Source: Plasmodiophora brassicae
Taxonomy: Eukaryota
Direction: 5' to 3'
DNA: 64,000 nucleotides
Assembly (NCBI GenBank): GCA_036867785.1
Contig: CP145416.1
Coordinates: 434,001-498,000 of the forward strand
The notes below the pieces were generated by a model. It ran no database searches. It saw only the letters and a program-made list of their open reading frames with translations, and was not told where the DNA came from. Below are positions 22,401 to 35,569 of this stretch, one piece after another (positions within the stretch are counted from its first letter, which is position 1; each line of letters begins with the position of its first letter). The translations under genes were made by a program, and so were the position numbers.

Positions 22401-25400
22401 GCATGGGCGCCATCGCAGAGCGGCTTGAACGTGCCCAGAAGTCGCTCAGTTGCGCCCTTCTTGACGGTAACCGATTTGCGATCGAACGCGAACGCGTTCG
22501 GGAAGACGACGGGCGGCACCGTTGGCGTCGACGCTGATGCGTTCTTCAGTCGAGGCCCGTTGCGGGCCACCGACTGTCTCGTGGCATCGACGACAAACGT
22601 GCAATCGCGGTCGAACGGGTTCGTCACGTCGACGGCCACCTGCATGGAGTCGTACAGCTTGGCACGAACGGTGAGGGACGCGTGCGGGGTCGGCGAAGCC
22701 GTCACAGCGGAGACGAGGTCGAAGATCATGGGGCGGACCAGCGCTTTGGGCGGTCGATCGGCCAGTTGCCGCCTGGGTGTGAACCATAACCGGGCCGCGT
22801 CCTCGCGTGTGAACCGGCCCCGGAACGATATGGCGACAGACTCGGAGGCTCGTGGACCAAGGACGACCGATTTCGCAGCGACCTGGAAGTCGGGGCACCC
22901 GACGAGGCGGACGTCGTAGGCGATTTCCGATGCGGTCGGATTCCTAAGCACAACGTTCTTGAGGATGTCTTTCTGGACGATGCCCTTGAACTCGACGCGG
23001 GACTGGGGGGTGAATCCGGGCAGCGTGAAGAACAGGTACAGGACGAACAGGAGCATGTCTCGGGGATTCGGCGACAGGATCGCCGGTGGCGTCAGCAGAA
23101 ACTCGAGGTTGGACTCCTCCATCGCGGATACTACCTACGACGACGATCACGATCGCATCCTCCATTATCGTTATTCGAAGGACTCACCTTCTGCACGTTC
23201 GACAGCATCTTCTGTTCGTCGCCGTCCGCGTCCAGGCTGACACTCGCGAGTTGCTTCAGGTGCGGTTGGTACGTGAACATAAGCGCGGCGAGCACAACGC
23301 CATCGCGAAGGTCGGAGTCGAAGTTCCTGACAGACCGCTTGGCGGCAGGGAAGCGCGACGCGCAATGGTGCTCCAGCCAAGCAAGCAGCAGGCACTCAGG
23401 CGGGCTGAAAATGTTCGACGTGGTGGCGCGATCTGCGATCGTCGGCCCGCCGACAGTCTTCGCTGTCACGCGTCCCAACAGGAACACTTTGACGATCTGG
23501 GTGACAGGTTAGCGGGCGCCATGCGGATCGCTCGCGCTTGATTTACCTGTGCGAGCACATCCAGCCAGGCCAGCCGGGAAACCGACGGGTACAATTTCTC
23601 GAGCGCCTGGCGCTCCCAGGACCCGAACGGGGTCGACGCGAGCATGACCGATGAAGTGCCCAAGTGCTCGGCCTTCGTCGTCAGCAGCGCACCGTTACTT
23701 CGCAGGCACGCCAGCAGGGCGTCGTATCGGGCAGTCAGGTCAGCATCACCTTCGCGATATCGTTTAGATCGGCTAGCAATATTGGGCACGACGACACGCA
23801 CCTTGGGCGTCACGTTTGCCGAGTTTGCGACCGCTGAGGAACTCGACCAGGCGGACGACTTGCTCCCCACCAGACGACACCAACTCGGCAGGAAACCCAT
23901 CGACCGACAGGTCCAGCAGGTTCTGCGCGGCCAGGAACCTCAGCAGGATGGACGCCGCCGCGGTGACCTGTCAGATGGTCGCGTTTAGGGTCCCCTGCGG
24001 GCGTACGAGCGACCACTGTGACCTCGGACGCCGGACGAATGTTCTCGCTGCTGATGAGCCCAGCAGAAACAGGAGCCGGTGCACGCGGCCCCAAATCGAC
24101 ACAGGTGATCGCATGGCCCTCAACGCTGCGAAGTGAATACCGCCTACGACTAAGGAACGACCAGCACGACAGAACGCTGTTGTCAGATACGCCTGCGACA
24201 GGAAGCGGGAACCGGTTGCCGTCGCCGTCCGTAAAATCGATCGCCGCCGCGAACGCTGTGGGTCGGTCGGCAAGGAAGGTGACAACCACCGGGATCGACT
24301 GGCGCTCGTTGCCCAGCGTGTTGCCCTCCGGGAAGCCCACCTCAAGCGGAATGTGCACCGTGTCCTTCGGTAGGTGGTACCCGACGGTAACCCGGTCATA
24401 CCCGCTGTTGCTGATGACGACCCGCATCTCGCTTCGAACGCCAAGCGGCACGACCGGCAACACCATCTCGATCGTGTCGAACTTCAGCATCGGGTGCTCG
24501 GCGGATCCTCGCAGGACGACTTGCATGTACGGCTCGGCACGATTCGCCCCGAGGTACAACGATAGCACCTTTTCGAAACTGCCGGACGTCGTCGGCACGA
24601 ATGTGACTTTAACTGTCGAGGAGTCGCCCTTCATCAGCAGACCTTGCGCCGGTTCGACTCGCCAGATCGGGTCGGCAACGGGATCGTTGTCACCAACCAG
24701 GGACCATTGCACTTGCGATAGGTCGTCGTTCGTGATCGTGAAAGATGATGTGTACCCGCCGGACCGGGTCTTGCCCGACCTCAGCACGATCCGCTCCCCG
24801 AACGAGATGGTCGATGACGAGAGGACTACCTTAGGCTTCAGACCTTGCGCATGGATCATGCGGCGAATGCCCTGGTACGACGACGGCATGCCGGCCAGGA
24901 TCAGTGGCAACGGGATCGTGTGCTCCCCGACGACGATAGGCGAGAACATCAACGTGAACTGGACTGTGGCGCCCGGTGCGATCGTCAGGCGGAATATCCG
25001 GGGCCCTTCAATGCCATTTGATGCCGATGACGTTCCAACGGCAATGTCCTTGGAAGATACAAGCGCACGTTGTAAATCGTACTTGGAGATGTACCCGATC
25101 GGCGAGGAGTCGGACGCGGGCATCAATGCCGCTGGAGGGCCACTGACCCGGAGCTCGTTGTACAACGGCGCGGACAGGTCGAGGTAGACGGTGGCAGTGA
25201 CCGGCGAGGTCGACACAATGCTGACGTCGACGGTAACGCGCCCGCTTAAGGTGACGCTGCCGAAGTCGATCTCGTCCTGGATGACGGAGACGGTCGGCAG
25301 GACGGCAGAGCATCGTATCGAGAGTGGAATGGAGGGACATCCGCGTACGTCGATCTGGATGACCTCGTGCACTGTTGCAGGTGTCGACAGGCACGTCTCG

Positions 25401-28252
25401 ATTCGCAGCGGCAACGACTGCCCAGGTGGAATCTTCCCTTTCTGCGGTTGGACTATGATTTCTGCTGGGCAGGGGCCAACGGCAAACACAGCCTGGTGCT
25501 GCCCATGGTTGACAATGGACGTCGTCGTCGTCGTTTGCACTCCAACAGCAACTGTTCCAACATCGACCGTTGCCGGCGACAGCGAACAACGCGCCGAGAT
25601 TGCATCGCTCGTGCAGATCAGGTGCTTGTCAGGGCCGCCGACGATCTGCAACGTGCACTGGGCGTTCAGCGCCCGCTCGATCGCAGGGCGGTACAGAATA
25701 TGCACGTCGAAATCCTTGTGCGGGGCGACGGTGCCCGACTGCGGCACGAACGACAGCGTCGGGTCCGGCACGACCCAGGAGAACCGTGCCGGGGCGCCGC
25801 AAGGATTCGACAGGATCAGGCGGCGCGCCGTCGTAAACTCGAGGCTGTCGTGCGCGAACGTGAACTGAAGCAGGTTCGTGCTCATCGTTAAATCCATCGG
25901 CGTCACTTGCGCCGTCACCGTGAAGTTCAGGACATGGGCGCTGTTCACCGTGTACGGCACGACAAGGCGCAGGTCCTGGACGTGCTCGGGCGTCAGGCAG
26001 ATGACGAAGGCGGCGGTCTCGCCTGGCGGGATGACTTGCGCCTGCGGCGACGTGTGACGAAGAGGCCCGTCCGGATCGATGGTCAGCGCGACGTGAATGT
26101 ACTCCTCGAGGTTGTTCACGACGACGAATGCGCGTTTCGTTCGCGATTCCGTGCAGACGGTGCCGAACGCGATCGTCGCCGGCCCGAACGTGATCTTCGC
26201 CAGGCGACGGGACGACAACTTCAACGAGCAGTCCTGCACCTCTGCCTGCGTTGACGGCACTGATTTGAATCGCTTGCCGACCTTGTCCTTGACGGCGGCT
26301 TCGGACGCGGTCGAAGCGCCACCGGACGGATCGTTTGCAACCCAGCCAGCGTACCCTGCCATCGGGTACTGCAACCACAGCGGTTCCCGATTCCTGGGCA
26401 GAGGAATGACAGGCTCAGGCAACGAATTAGCGAAATCGTCGTCACAGGTGACCGCACGTCTCGACTGACGGCGCTCAGCCTCGGTTCGCAGGAAGCGCTG
26501 ATAGCGATCGCGCTGCTCCTTCAGGGCGATCAGTTGCCCTGTACTGAACGTGTACTCGTCATCGAACTGAACGACAGGGTTGCCGATATCCTTGCTTGGG
26601 AGAGCCTGTTTGGTACGCTGCAATGCCGCCAGGCACGCCTCGTCGTCGTCAAATGCCGGGCAGGGGGACGGCTCAATGAATCGACGGGACTTGCTCGGCG
26701 CCTGATGGACGCCGATCTCGGTCGACATGCCCATGACCGGGAACTGTACGGTTCGCGAGACGCCAACGGTCAGCTGGAGCATACCGCGAAAGACGCCGAG
26801 CTGATGCGGCTGGAACGAAACGATCACGTCGCGAGCCTGCAACGGCGGAATCGTCCCCTTGGAGGGGTCGCAATGGAACTGGGGGATTCGGGATATCGTG
26901 AACGGCAACGGTAAGTCAGCAGACCGATTCTCGATCTTCACCATGGTGTCGCGACGTTCCCGGACGGGGCACGACCCGAAATTCATATCGCTGCGCGATA
27001 ACGAGAACAAGGGCGCCATGGCCAGGCCCCTCAGGTCGACCTTGACCGATCGCTCTTCGTCAACCGCCTCGATGCGAACTTCGACGTGGTACGACGTGAA
27101 CGCGCCCTCAGGGATTTGGGACGCGAACCCCTTCTGAAGGTCGGCTTGGCGCGGACGGAAACGGAACTTGATCGGCAGGGAACTGTACGGGCTGAGGACG
27201 CCTTCTTCCGGAGAGACGAATAGCGCTGGAGGTGCCGCCGTTTGTTGCATCGATGTTGTTGGCGAGGATACGGGAGGACCAGCGTCGGCTGCCTCCGATT
27301 CCGGTTCGCCGCTCGGCGGTGTACTTATGCTGATTCCGCTCGTATCCCGCAGCACAACGCGAAACGTGCACGCGTTAGGGCTGTTGTTGAAGAGGCGTCG
27401 AAGGCACTCGGAGCGGGTGCCATAATAGACACGGCCAAAGTCGATCGACAAGGTCGCCTTGCCGTGGTCGGCGTCGATAACATCCAATGAGCTCGCCACA
27501 AACTCGCCGCTGACGTCGAGCCGGTGATCTCGGTCGTCTAGGCGCCAGCGCAGGAAGCGCCGGACGGACCCGATCTGCCTGGCCTCCAACTCGATACGAA
27601 CATGAGCCACGCCCCCGTTGCCGGGCACGATGCCGGATCGAGGCGACACTTTGAACGCATCCTCGCCGTCTCCCACATCGACGGCTTCGAATCGTGCTTC
27701 GCTCTTGCCGACATTCTTGAGGGGCAGTACGTAGGTGGCCGTGTTGCCCACGATAATCTGCCCCAGGTCGATCGCGTCGGCCATGGTCACGCAGCTCGAC
27801 GAATGGCGAATCCGAAGCGGGATGACGATCTTTCCAACATCAGTAATTACAGCAATCTCGTCGAAGACGTCACCTGACGAAACAAGCGGCATAGTATCCC
27901 CCTCGTTGCCATCGTGGAGCTCACCGGCCGCTACCGCTGGCGAGTCTCTCGTCGAATCGGCGTCGTCGCATTCGGGGTTCTGCCTTATCCGAATAACACT
28001 GGAGAGACCCGATGCAATCCGGACCGGGATCTCGTTGTGGTTGACGATGGTGAACCGCTTCGAAACAGGACGCATGACGCGGATGTGTCGCGTCTGCGCG
28101 CTGGCATTGCGAATAGTCACAGCGACGACCGATGTCTCGGCCCGCTCGAAGACCACACGTTCGGGTGACACGCGAAACGCAGCTGAGATCCGCACCGACT
28201 TGAGTGGAGCCGTTGCCGTCGGCATCGTTGCCGGGTCAGCAACGTCCGCCAT
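19473..28252 (-). CDS. CFAP47: Cilia- and flagella-associated protein 47 (ASH/Ig-like repeats + calponin-homology domain), multi-exon
   Basis: Very long frames of ASH-like repeats ('IDFGRVYYG', 'TLANPTD'). CH domain 'LLAWLEHH...VRNFDSDLRDGVVLAAL' and 'SPNPRDMLLFVLYLF...LPGF'. C-terminal 'YGKVVVGRLQIRTADMEWAYEVRG..P.Y.PP'. Confidence 0.85.
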
Positions 28253-28629
28253 TGTCGACGACGGCGTCGCCGATCAATGGTCGACCGGACGTGTTCCGAC
28301 CAATAGCTGCCCAGCAGGACCGTACCCGACGACCTCACGCTAACGAGGATCGCTGACGCGTCGGTGTCACACAACGTCATCGCAGCTTGTCCGTCCACAC
28401 TGCGCCCGATATACGTCGTTCTAAAGTATGATAAAACAGTCTAAAGGGTGCTTCACTCGCCGACCAAGGACAGGGTTCAGGTTTGACCATTTTGTCTGTC
28501 GCACGTTCCCTTTTTTTGCACGAAGGACCCCGCATTCTGCGCATTGTCAGTTTTTGGAGCGGGGGGCGATTTGGCGTTGCCGACCGGGAGCGAACCTGAT
28601 CAGCGCTGGACGCGGACCGCTGATCGCCA

Positions 28630-28968
28630 ATGCCATCCAACGAGATCGAGTATTCTGAGAAGTACTATGATGACCAGTATGAGTACAGGTAGGCGTCGCG
28701 GCGCGTTGGGATTTCCGCTGCCGTTCCGGACCTAACTACCGCTAGGCACGTGATTCTGCCCAAGGAGATGGCGAAGGCGCTGAACCCGCCTCGTATCCTG
28801 ACCGAGAAGGAGTGGCGTAATCTTGGCGTGCAGCAATCGCGCGGATGGGTCCACTACGAGATCCACAGGCCCGAACCGCACATCCTGCTGTTCCGACGTC
28901 CCCTGGGCACGGACCCGCAGACCGGCATCCCACCTGCTCAACCACCTAACGCGGAGAGGCAACAATGA
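28630..28968 (+). CDS. CKS1: Cyclin-dependent kinase regulatory subunit CKS
   Basis: [20 protein letters not shown] | intron 28689-28745 | HVILPK...[31 protein letters not shown], the canonical CKS sequence. Confidence 0.97.
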
Positions 28969-29074
28969 TAGATATACGTCCATTTACCCGAATCATCAGT
29001 GTCCTCAAGCTACTATAATAAATCATGGGCGTCATTACATGAGAGCGGCAGAATATTTTACGACAGGCGAGATC

Positions 29075-30182
29075 TTATGAATTATTCGACGCGGTTATGC
29101 ATGTATCGAGTATCGTGAAGTCGATCGATGCGTCCGGGGCGCATGGCGACTTCAAGATGTGCAGTTGGCGCCGGCCTCTTTGGTCTGAGCGACACCATTT
29201 AGCAGGCGCAGGCGGCAACGTGAAATCGACAATGCTTACCGCGTGTGACCGCGATTCTAGCGGACAGCCCGACTGTCCACGTCAGTCCCAGGGCGGGTTT
29301 CACACGACTGGATACACCCCGGATGGATACAGATCCGCTGCGATCGTATGCGACAGGACCATACTGAAGAATGGCACCACCAGAGTCGGCGCCGGAAACC
29401 ACGTCGGCAACTTGATTGATGGCAATGATGCGAACGCCATGAACACGAGCCAGTTCATGAAGATGCACTGACAGATGAAACACGTGTATGGAGCGCTCAG
29501 TACTAGGCGCGCATTCTGTTCTCAGCAGCCCGGATATGCTGTCGATTACGACAAGGCGGACGGATCGATCTTCAGACAGACGCATCGGCAGCTCGCTAAA
29601 TAGGATTCGTTGTTGCTCCTCAAACGTTTGCACTGTAGAGCAAACCAGGTTTGAATAGCAGGTACGCGACGCACAACATAATAAACGCTCGACCGTTGTA
29701 GACCGATATATTGTCCAGGAACGACCATATGCGCATCCAGGGATGCCGTTCGATGATTCCTTCGGACAGGCTCTTCAGCCGCGTAACTGGTATCTGGACA
29801 CAAACGTCAGAATCCCCATGTCAAGCGAGCCAGATTCCGCAACATACGGATCCCTCGGTGCTGATGTACACGGCGGTGCCATCAAGGCCCCCAAGTTCAA
29901 GAGGTCTGCACACGCATACCCTGTCACGACGAAACCCAACGAACCCACGCAACCGCTGACCGACAATTGGACCTGGAGCGCCAGGAGCAAGCCCAGATGG
30001 CTCTTCCCTGAACCTTCTTCGCCCCAAATCTCAGTGACTCCAGGGCCAATGCCCCCACCAAGCGCCCTGTCGATCAGCTCATCACCGAGCGACAGAAAGT
30101 GTGGCGTCGCCGCAGGACGGGTCGTCAGTTCGTCCCATGCCGTCACAGGTCGGGGGACGTCCTCGCCCTGCGTCGGGGTCAT
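29075..30182 (-). CDS. XRCC3: RAD51 paralog, XRCC3-like, spliced
   Basis: 'LSLGDELIDRALGGGI...TEIWGEEGSGKSHL' (Walker A), 'GGLDGTAVYISTEG', 'RLVVIDSI' (Walker B), 'INQV' and 'PALGLTW'. Confidence 0.75.
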
Positions 30183-30507
30183 CGCCGCTGCGGCGCGGAC
30201 CGGGACCGCGCCCCACGCTGTATCCTGCGTAACGCGGTGCCTCCAGATTTGCACAGGAGGCACCGTCATGAAAATCCGGCCCTGAGTCGATAAGATACCG
30301 ATTCGATCGATCCGGGGGGATCCCGACACGTTGGTGCTGCCCGGACTACGTTACGGTGCGGGTTACTGCAGCAACGTCCTGCCGGGTCGACGACTGTCGA
30401 CCGTCATACGCCCGGTGTGACGGGATCAGGGGGCGCGTTGCCGTCGCCTGGGCGAGACGGAACCCGCACCGAACCGGTGAATCCGGTTCGAGCAGGGTGC
30501 GTCATCG

Positions 30508-31044
30508 ATGTCGAAGGTGATCATGGATGCGGTGAGGCGGCGACTGTCGAGGACCCCGGAGAAGAACGAGGCCGCCGACGATGTCGACGACGCGAGTAGG
30601 GACGATGCGACGCCGGACGCGTCAGGTCGAGGACTGGACGTGATGGATATCTTCAAGAGCCACCCGTCGTTGGCGATCGGCGGATCCGTTGGTAGGAATA
30701 CCTGGCTGGGACGGTGGTTGAAGAACAAACTAGTGGAGAACGACGGCGCGGCACTCGACCTTGCCGACCCACCTCAGGGCAGGCTACCGAGGAGAGAATC
30801 GGAGCCGCCAAGTCCCATGAGGAACCGGAAAAGTTGCATGAGGGTGCCCGACAGCACAAGGAAACCAGCTGGCTCCGTCACATTCCAACTCCCGCCCACC
30901 GTCATCGTCGTCAGACGCGAGGATCTGTGCTTCAGCCGCATGGATGCGACCACCGAAACCGACGACGATGACAGCAGCAAGCGCTCTCGATTCGACTTGT
31001 CGGCGTTCATCGATAGCGTCAACAAAGAGCAAGCCAAGACATAA
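30508..31044 (+). CDS. Hypothetical protein (178 aa)
   Basis: Intact ATG-started ORF with coding-like composition. Contains 'KSCMR...GSVTF', resembling SILK/RVxF-type motifs. Confidence 0.5.
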   Translation: MSKVIMDAVRRRLSRTPEKNEAADDVDDASRDDATPDASGRGLDVMDIFKSHPSLAIGGSVGRNTWLGRWLKNKLVENDGAALDLADPPQGRLPRRESEPPSPMRNRKSCMRVPDSTRKPAGSVTFQLPPTVIVVRREDLCFSRMDATTETDDDDSSKRSRFDLSAFIDSVNKEQAKT

Positions 31045-31177
31045 GACGATACAATATGATAATAGCGTGTGTTCCTACTGGCCGACGGTCAAAGGGCGCG
31101 GCGCACGCGTACCCGGTAGTCAGTACGCTGGCGCGGCAGCAGTATTTGGCCGCGCGGCGGCGACGCTGGCGACCACG

Positions 31178-31999
31178 ATGCAGAGTCGGGTGCGCGTCCT
31201 GTCGTTAAACGCCCTGGCTCAGTCGCTCGTGACGCCGACGACGTTCCCCCAGATGATCATACAGCCCGTCGACCGCAGGCGTCAGATCATGTTCGAGCAC
31301 GTGGCGCGGGTGGCCCCTGATGTCATCTGCCTTCAGGAGGTCGACGATGACGAAAGGCCGGATATCGTTGACCGATTCGGCCTCGACTACCACATATCGT
31401 CGATGTCGAAGAAGCAGGCAAGGCACTCCACACTGACGCTGGTGAAGCGCAATTCCGTCGTTGTGGATGTCGCGTTCACCGACTACGAGTACGAGGAGAC
31501 CACCATTGCGATGTGCGCCACGGCCGACTCTGACGACTGCCTCATGGTCGTCAATTCCCATTTGAGATGGGAGGAGTATGGCAAGATCGCGAAGGCGCAG
31601 GCGACGAACATCGCCGCGGTCATCGAGGAAGCCATGGACGAGTGCAAAGAGCGTCCTCGCGTCGTATGGTGCGGTGACTTCAACTGTACGCCCAAGGACA
31701 TCTGGAAGCGGATCCCGCGCACGCTAACGCTGAGAGATGCATTCAACTTGGAGCCTTCGCCCACGTGGTGCTCGCCACGGGGCATCGCTCTCCGCCTCGA
31801 TTACATGCTGCACTCGCCCGGCGTCCGCCCTGTACAGGTCGATAGACCGTTGAGGCCGCCTCCGGACCAAGACCCTCTCCGATGGGCCCTGCAGACCTAT
31901 GGCACCGATCACATCCCTCTGTCGGCGGTACTGGAATTCACGGCCGACCCCAGGGCGGAACCGAGCAGGACGACCGAGATGGAGGTACCCGACGTGTGA
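31178..31999 (+). CDS. Endonuclease/exonuclease/phosphatase family protein (CCR4/nocturnin/Angel-like)
   Basis: 'VLSLNALAQ', 'PDVICLQEVD', 'NSHL', 'CGDFNCTP', 'LDYM' and 'TDHIPL' are the EEP catalytic motifs. Confidence 0.85.
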   Translation: MQSRVRVLSLNALAQSLVTPTTFPQMIIQPVDRRRQIMFEHVARVAPDVICLQEVDDDERPDIVDRFGLDYHISSMSKKQARHSTLTLVKRNSVVVDVAFTDYEYEETTIAMCATADSDDCLMVVNSHLRWEEYGKIAKAQATNIAAVIEEAMDECKERPRVVWCGDFNCTPKDIWKRIPRTLTLRDAFNLEPSPTWCSPRGIALRLDYMLHSPGVRPVQVDRPLRPPPDQDPLRWALQTYGTDHIPLSAVLEFTADPRAEPSRTTEMEVPDV

Positions 32000-32169
32000 T
32001 TTGTGGGCTTCATGCCGGATGCCCTACCCACCCAATATAATCTAACTGTACGGCACCACGTCCGGCTCTTGCGGGGCTGTCCCGTGTGCAGCGCCACACT
32101 AGCGCGGCCAACAACAGCGTGTGTGGACCTGCAGGCGGCCATTGTTCAGTCGGAGACGTGGGAGGAAAG

Positions 32170-34687
32170 ATGCCGCGCAACGGTCACGGGCGAGCAATTT
32201 TGCACTAAAGCAACCCCAAAAGTCGGGTCCCTTGATTCTGGGGGGGCGTCGACTTCGAACGCGGTTGGCCACCTGCTAGCCGACGCCCGTGGGGGTGCTC
32301 CCAGCCAGTCATACTCGGCACACGCCCAGCGCCATCCCGACGACAGCCTCCTGGCGCCCCTGGTCGTCTCCCCGTTATTCCGCGGCCGGCCCCCCGTGCT
32401 GGCATCGTCCAACAGCGACGGCGGGCGCGTCCCCAATGCCCGGCCGGCCTCGATCATGAAGCGGCAACTGCCAGAGCGTCCATCGCCCTCCCTCGGCATC
32501 TTCACCGTATTATTTCGAAGTTGTCGCGGGGTACCTCTGGAAGGCGATTCGTTCAAGGCCTTGGACGATGACGACGACCTAAAGCGCTATTCTATTCCTG
32601 GCGAAGGCATCGGTCGATGCGTGACTCACTGCCCTGGCAGCACTGGTGCCGAACGCCTGTCCACCTTCCGGTTCCTGTACAATCGTTTGACGATGAGCGC
32701 GACCAACGCGGGCATCGAACGCGAGCGTTCGATCGCGAGTCGCGAGGTCGTCGAGCAGCTGGAGAACCGGCGGCGCAGTGCCCTGCTGACGCTCGGCGAC
32801 AACGAACGATATGACGGCTGCACGTGCGTCATCCGCATTAATCGCGTCACCCAGGTGCCCGGCAGCGTCAGCGCCAACCTTGTCGGCAGGCAGCTGTGGG
32901 TGCGGATCAGTGTCGGCGACCGGCAGTTGTATCTGGACCAAGGCACGCTCAACCACCAGTTCAGCACGCTGTCGTTCGACTCGTCGGCGGACCTGTCCGG
33001 TGTCGAACCCGACGACGACGTCGACCTGGAGATGTACAGCTGGGACTCCTGGTTCGGCTGGTATCGTGTCGGGTGGACGTCGATGCCGTTCCGCGAGCTG
33101 ATCATGCGCCCGACACGAACGCTGTTGCTGCAGACGTCCAACGGCGATTTCCTGGTCAAGAAGTCGGTGAACGCCCCAACGGAATTGCACATATCCGTCC
33201 TGCAGACGCCGCAAGGCATGCCCGAACCTGTCGAGTCGCCAAGCGCCGGGCGCGACCGCAACTCGTACGCCAAGCACGTCATGGTGCTAACGCGTGGCAC
33301 CCAGGGCGACATCCAGCCGTTCGTCGCACTGGCCATGGGCCTGGCGCAGCAGCTGAACTGGATGGTGACGATCTGCACCGAGCTGCGCTACAAGCCGTTC
33401 ATCAAGAAGCATGCGGCCACGTTGACGAGCGGCGCTGTGCGATTCCGACCGTCGGGCGGCGACACGACCAACCGCGTCAATGGCGATATCGTCCGATGGG
33501 CGCTGCACACGAAGTCGGCTGTCGTCCAAGGCCTGATCCTCGCCCGGTCCGAGATGGAGTTCTTCTCGTCCGAGCCGATCATGTTCTGGTGGGCCGAGCA
33601 GATGGCGCCCGACGCCCTCGTCTACGGGTTCACGGTCGCCTCCATCGCGATGATCATCTCTGAGAAATTGCAGATCCCGATGCTCGGGTTCGTCCTGCAA
33701 CCGACCTGCATCCCGTCATCGCAGTACCCGCCGCTCCAAATGCTGAACCATCTGTCGATCCCGCTGCTGACGCCGCTGATCAAGGATTCGATCCTGTCCC
33801 ATGCGTTCATCAACCGCCTGAAGTCGTACATGGACTACTCGACGCTGACCGCCTTGCGGAAACGACGGGGGCTGCCGCCGTTCGGCCAGCCCTGGTACAG
33901 CGTCCTCGACCAAGGGTCCCCGGTGGTCGTCCCGATCAACGAAGTGGCATTCGGCGGCCGTCCTCCGGATTGGCCATCGTGCGTCGAGCTGACCGAGTTC
34001 ATCTACCTGACATCGTCGTCGGTGGGCGCGCTCGCCCCGGATCTGGTGAGGTTCCTGGACGCCGCCGATAACGACGGCGCGCCCGTTGTCGTGATCGGGT
34101 TCTCGTCGATGCCGATTCCACGTGAAAGCATCGCCCGGATCGTGATCAAGATCGCCAAGAAGTGTGAGAGGCGTCCTCGGGTCGTGGCGCTGCTTGGCGA
34201 CAGTATCGGGCAGACCATGTCGGCGAGAACCCAGGCGACGATGGACGCCCTGGTATCCTCCGGGACCGTCTTCGAGGCCAAAGGCGCACCGTACAGCCTC
34301 CTGTTCGCACGTGCCAGCTGCGTCGTGATCCATGGCGGCCTGGGCGCCACGTCGGATGCCATGCGGGCCGGCGTCCCTGTCATCTGCACGGGCGTCCTGC
34401 TGATGGACCAGCGATTCTGGGGCAATCGCTGCTCGTCGATCGGCCTGGGGCCGGAGATGACCCACATCAGCGACTTCAGCGCCGTCTGCGTCTCCCAGAT
34501 CGACGAGGTCCTAGCGGTCGACAACAACGCGTTCAGGGAACGGGCGGCCGAGTTCGCCAAACGACTACGGGCGGCTAACGACGTCGACAGCACCGGCGTG
34601 ACGCAGAACGTTCGCGCTGTCGCACGAATGCTCGAGCATGCCCGTCCGATTAGGACACCCAGTCCCGTCCTCGAGGACGCTGGATGA
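32170..34687 (+). CDS. GT-B glycosyltransferase, sterol 3-beta-glucosyltransferase-like, with a preceding C2-like domain
   Basis: 'VLTRGTQGDIQPFVALAMGL' (GT28_N-type) and 'VIHGGLGATSDAMRAGVP....LMDQRFWG' (UDP-sugar-binding box). C2-like 'VDLEMYSWDSWFGWYRVGWTSMPFREL'. Start uncertain. Confidence 0.8.
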
Positions 34688-34779
34688 ACCCTCCCTGTCC
34701 ATAGCTGTACTGCACGATCCATCCCAACAATATACCATTCGCTGCTCAGCTCCCGCTGGCTGCAGTATGTTATTAGTGG

Positions 34780-35130
34780 TCAGCGCGAGTGCCCCGGGCT
34801 GCTGCCGGTTCTGGCGCCGACGTACGTCTGGACCAGCTGCTGCCATTCGAGCTGCTGGCTCTTGATCCATTCGGACAGGTCCTTGACGTCAGAAATCGAT
34901 GCGTTCAGGGCGTCGATCTGTCGCTCGTCGTAGTCGGATTCGGCGCCTTCCAGCTCATCATCGTCGAATTCACAGTCGGATTCACTGTTGAACTCGATCT
35001 CGTCTTCGGACATCTCCCCATCGCTGGCGTCGTCCATGACCGACATCATCTCGATCTCGCATTCTAGGTCGGCCGTCTCGTCGGCACTGTCGGGCTCGCC
35101 GCCTTCCACATTGTACCGGGTGGTCTCCAT
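34780..35130 (-). CDS. Small acidic hypothetical protein
   Basis: D/E-rich ORF (METTRY...SDDELEGAESD...) with a short helical C-terminal part. Confidence 0.45.
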   Translation of the reverse strand: METTRYNVEGGEPDSADETADLECEIEMMSVMDDASDGEMSEDEIEFNSESDCEFDDDELEGAESDYDERQIDALNASISDVKDLSEWIKSQQLEWQQLVQTYVGARTGSSPGHSR

Positions 35131-35569
35131 CGCGATCCCTAGCGACCCTGACAGGGCGGCTGGAGGATTCGACCACCAAATCGGACTGCAGGCTAGGCTA
35201 GGTAGGCTAGTCACAGAACGATATCAGCTATGTATTCAATTCTGGGGCCAAGCGGCTGTCATTTCCCCAACAGCCGGTTGGCCCAATGCTGACGCCAGAT
35301 TGACTCCTAACGCGTTACGGCAGCAACGCGTCGTATGCCAGCCCAAGTGCGACGCCACGTGATGACCCCAAGGCAACAACGACGGGCAGGGGTGGCACGA
35401 GTGCTCAGGATATGCTGACAGTTTCCGAGATGGCCGCCTGAAGAACCTCTTTCATGATATGCAACCAGCGCTCCATCGGCCAGACCCAAACAAGACCGAC
35501 CAGCGGTCCCACCGTTTGACTATTTCTGGCAAATAATAGACAAGCGAATGGAACTGACACAACACTATC

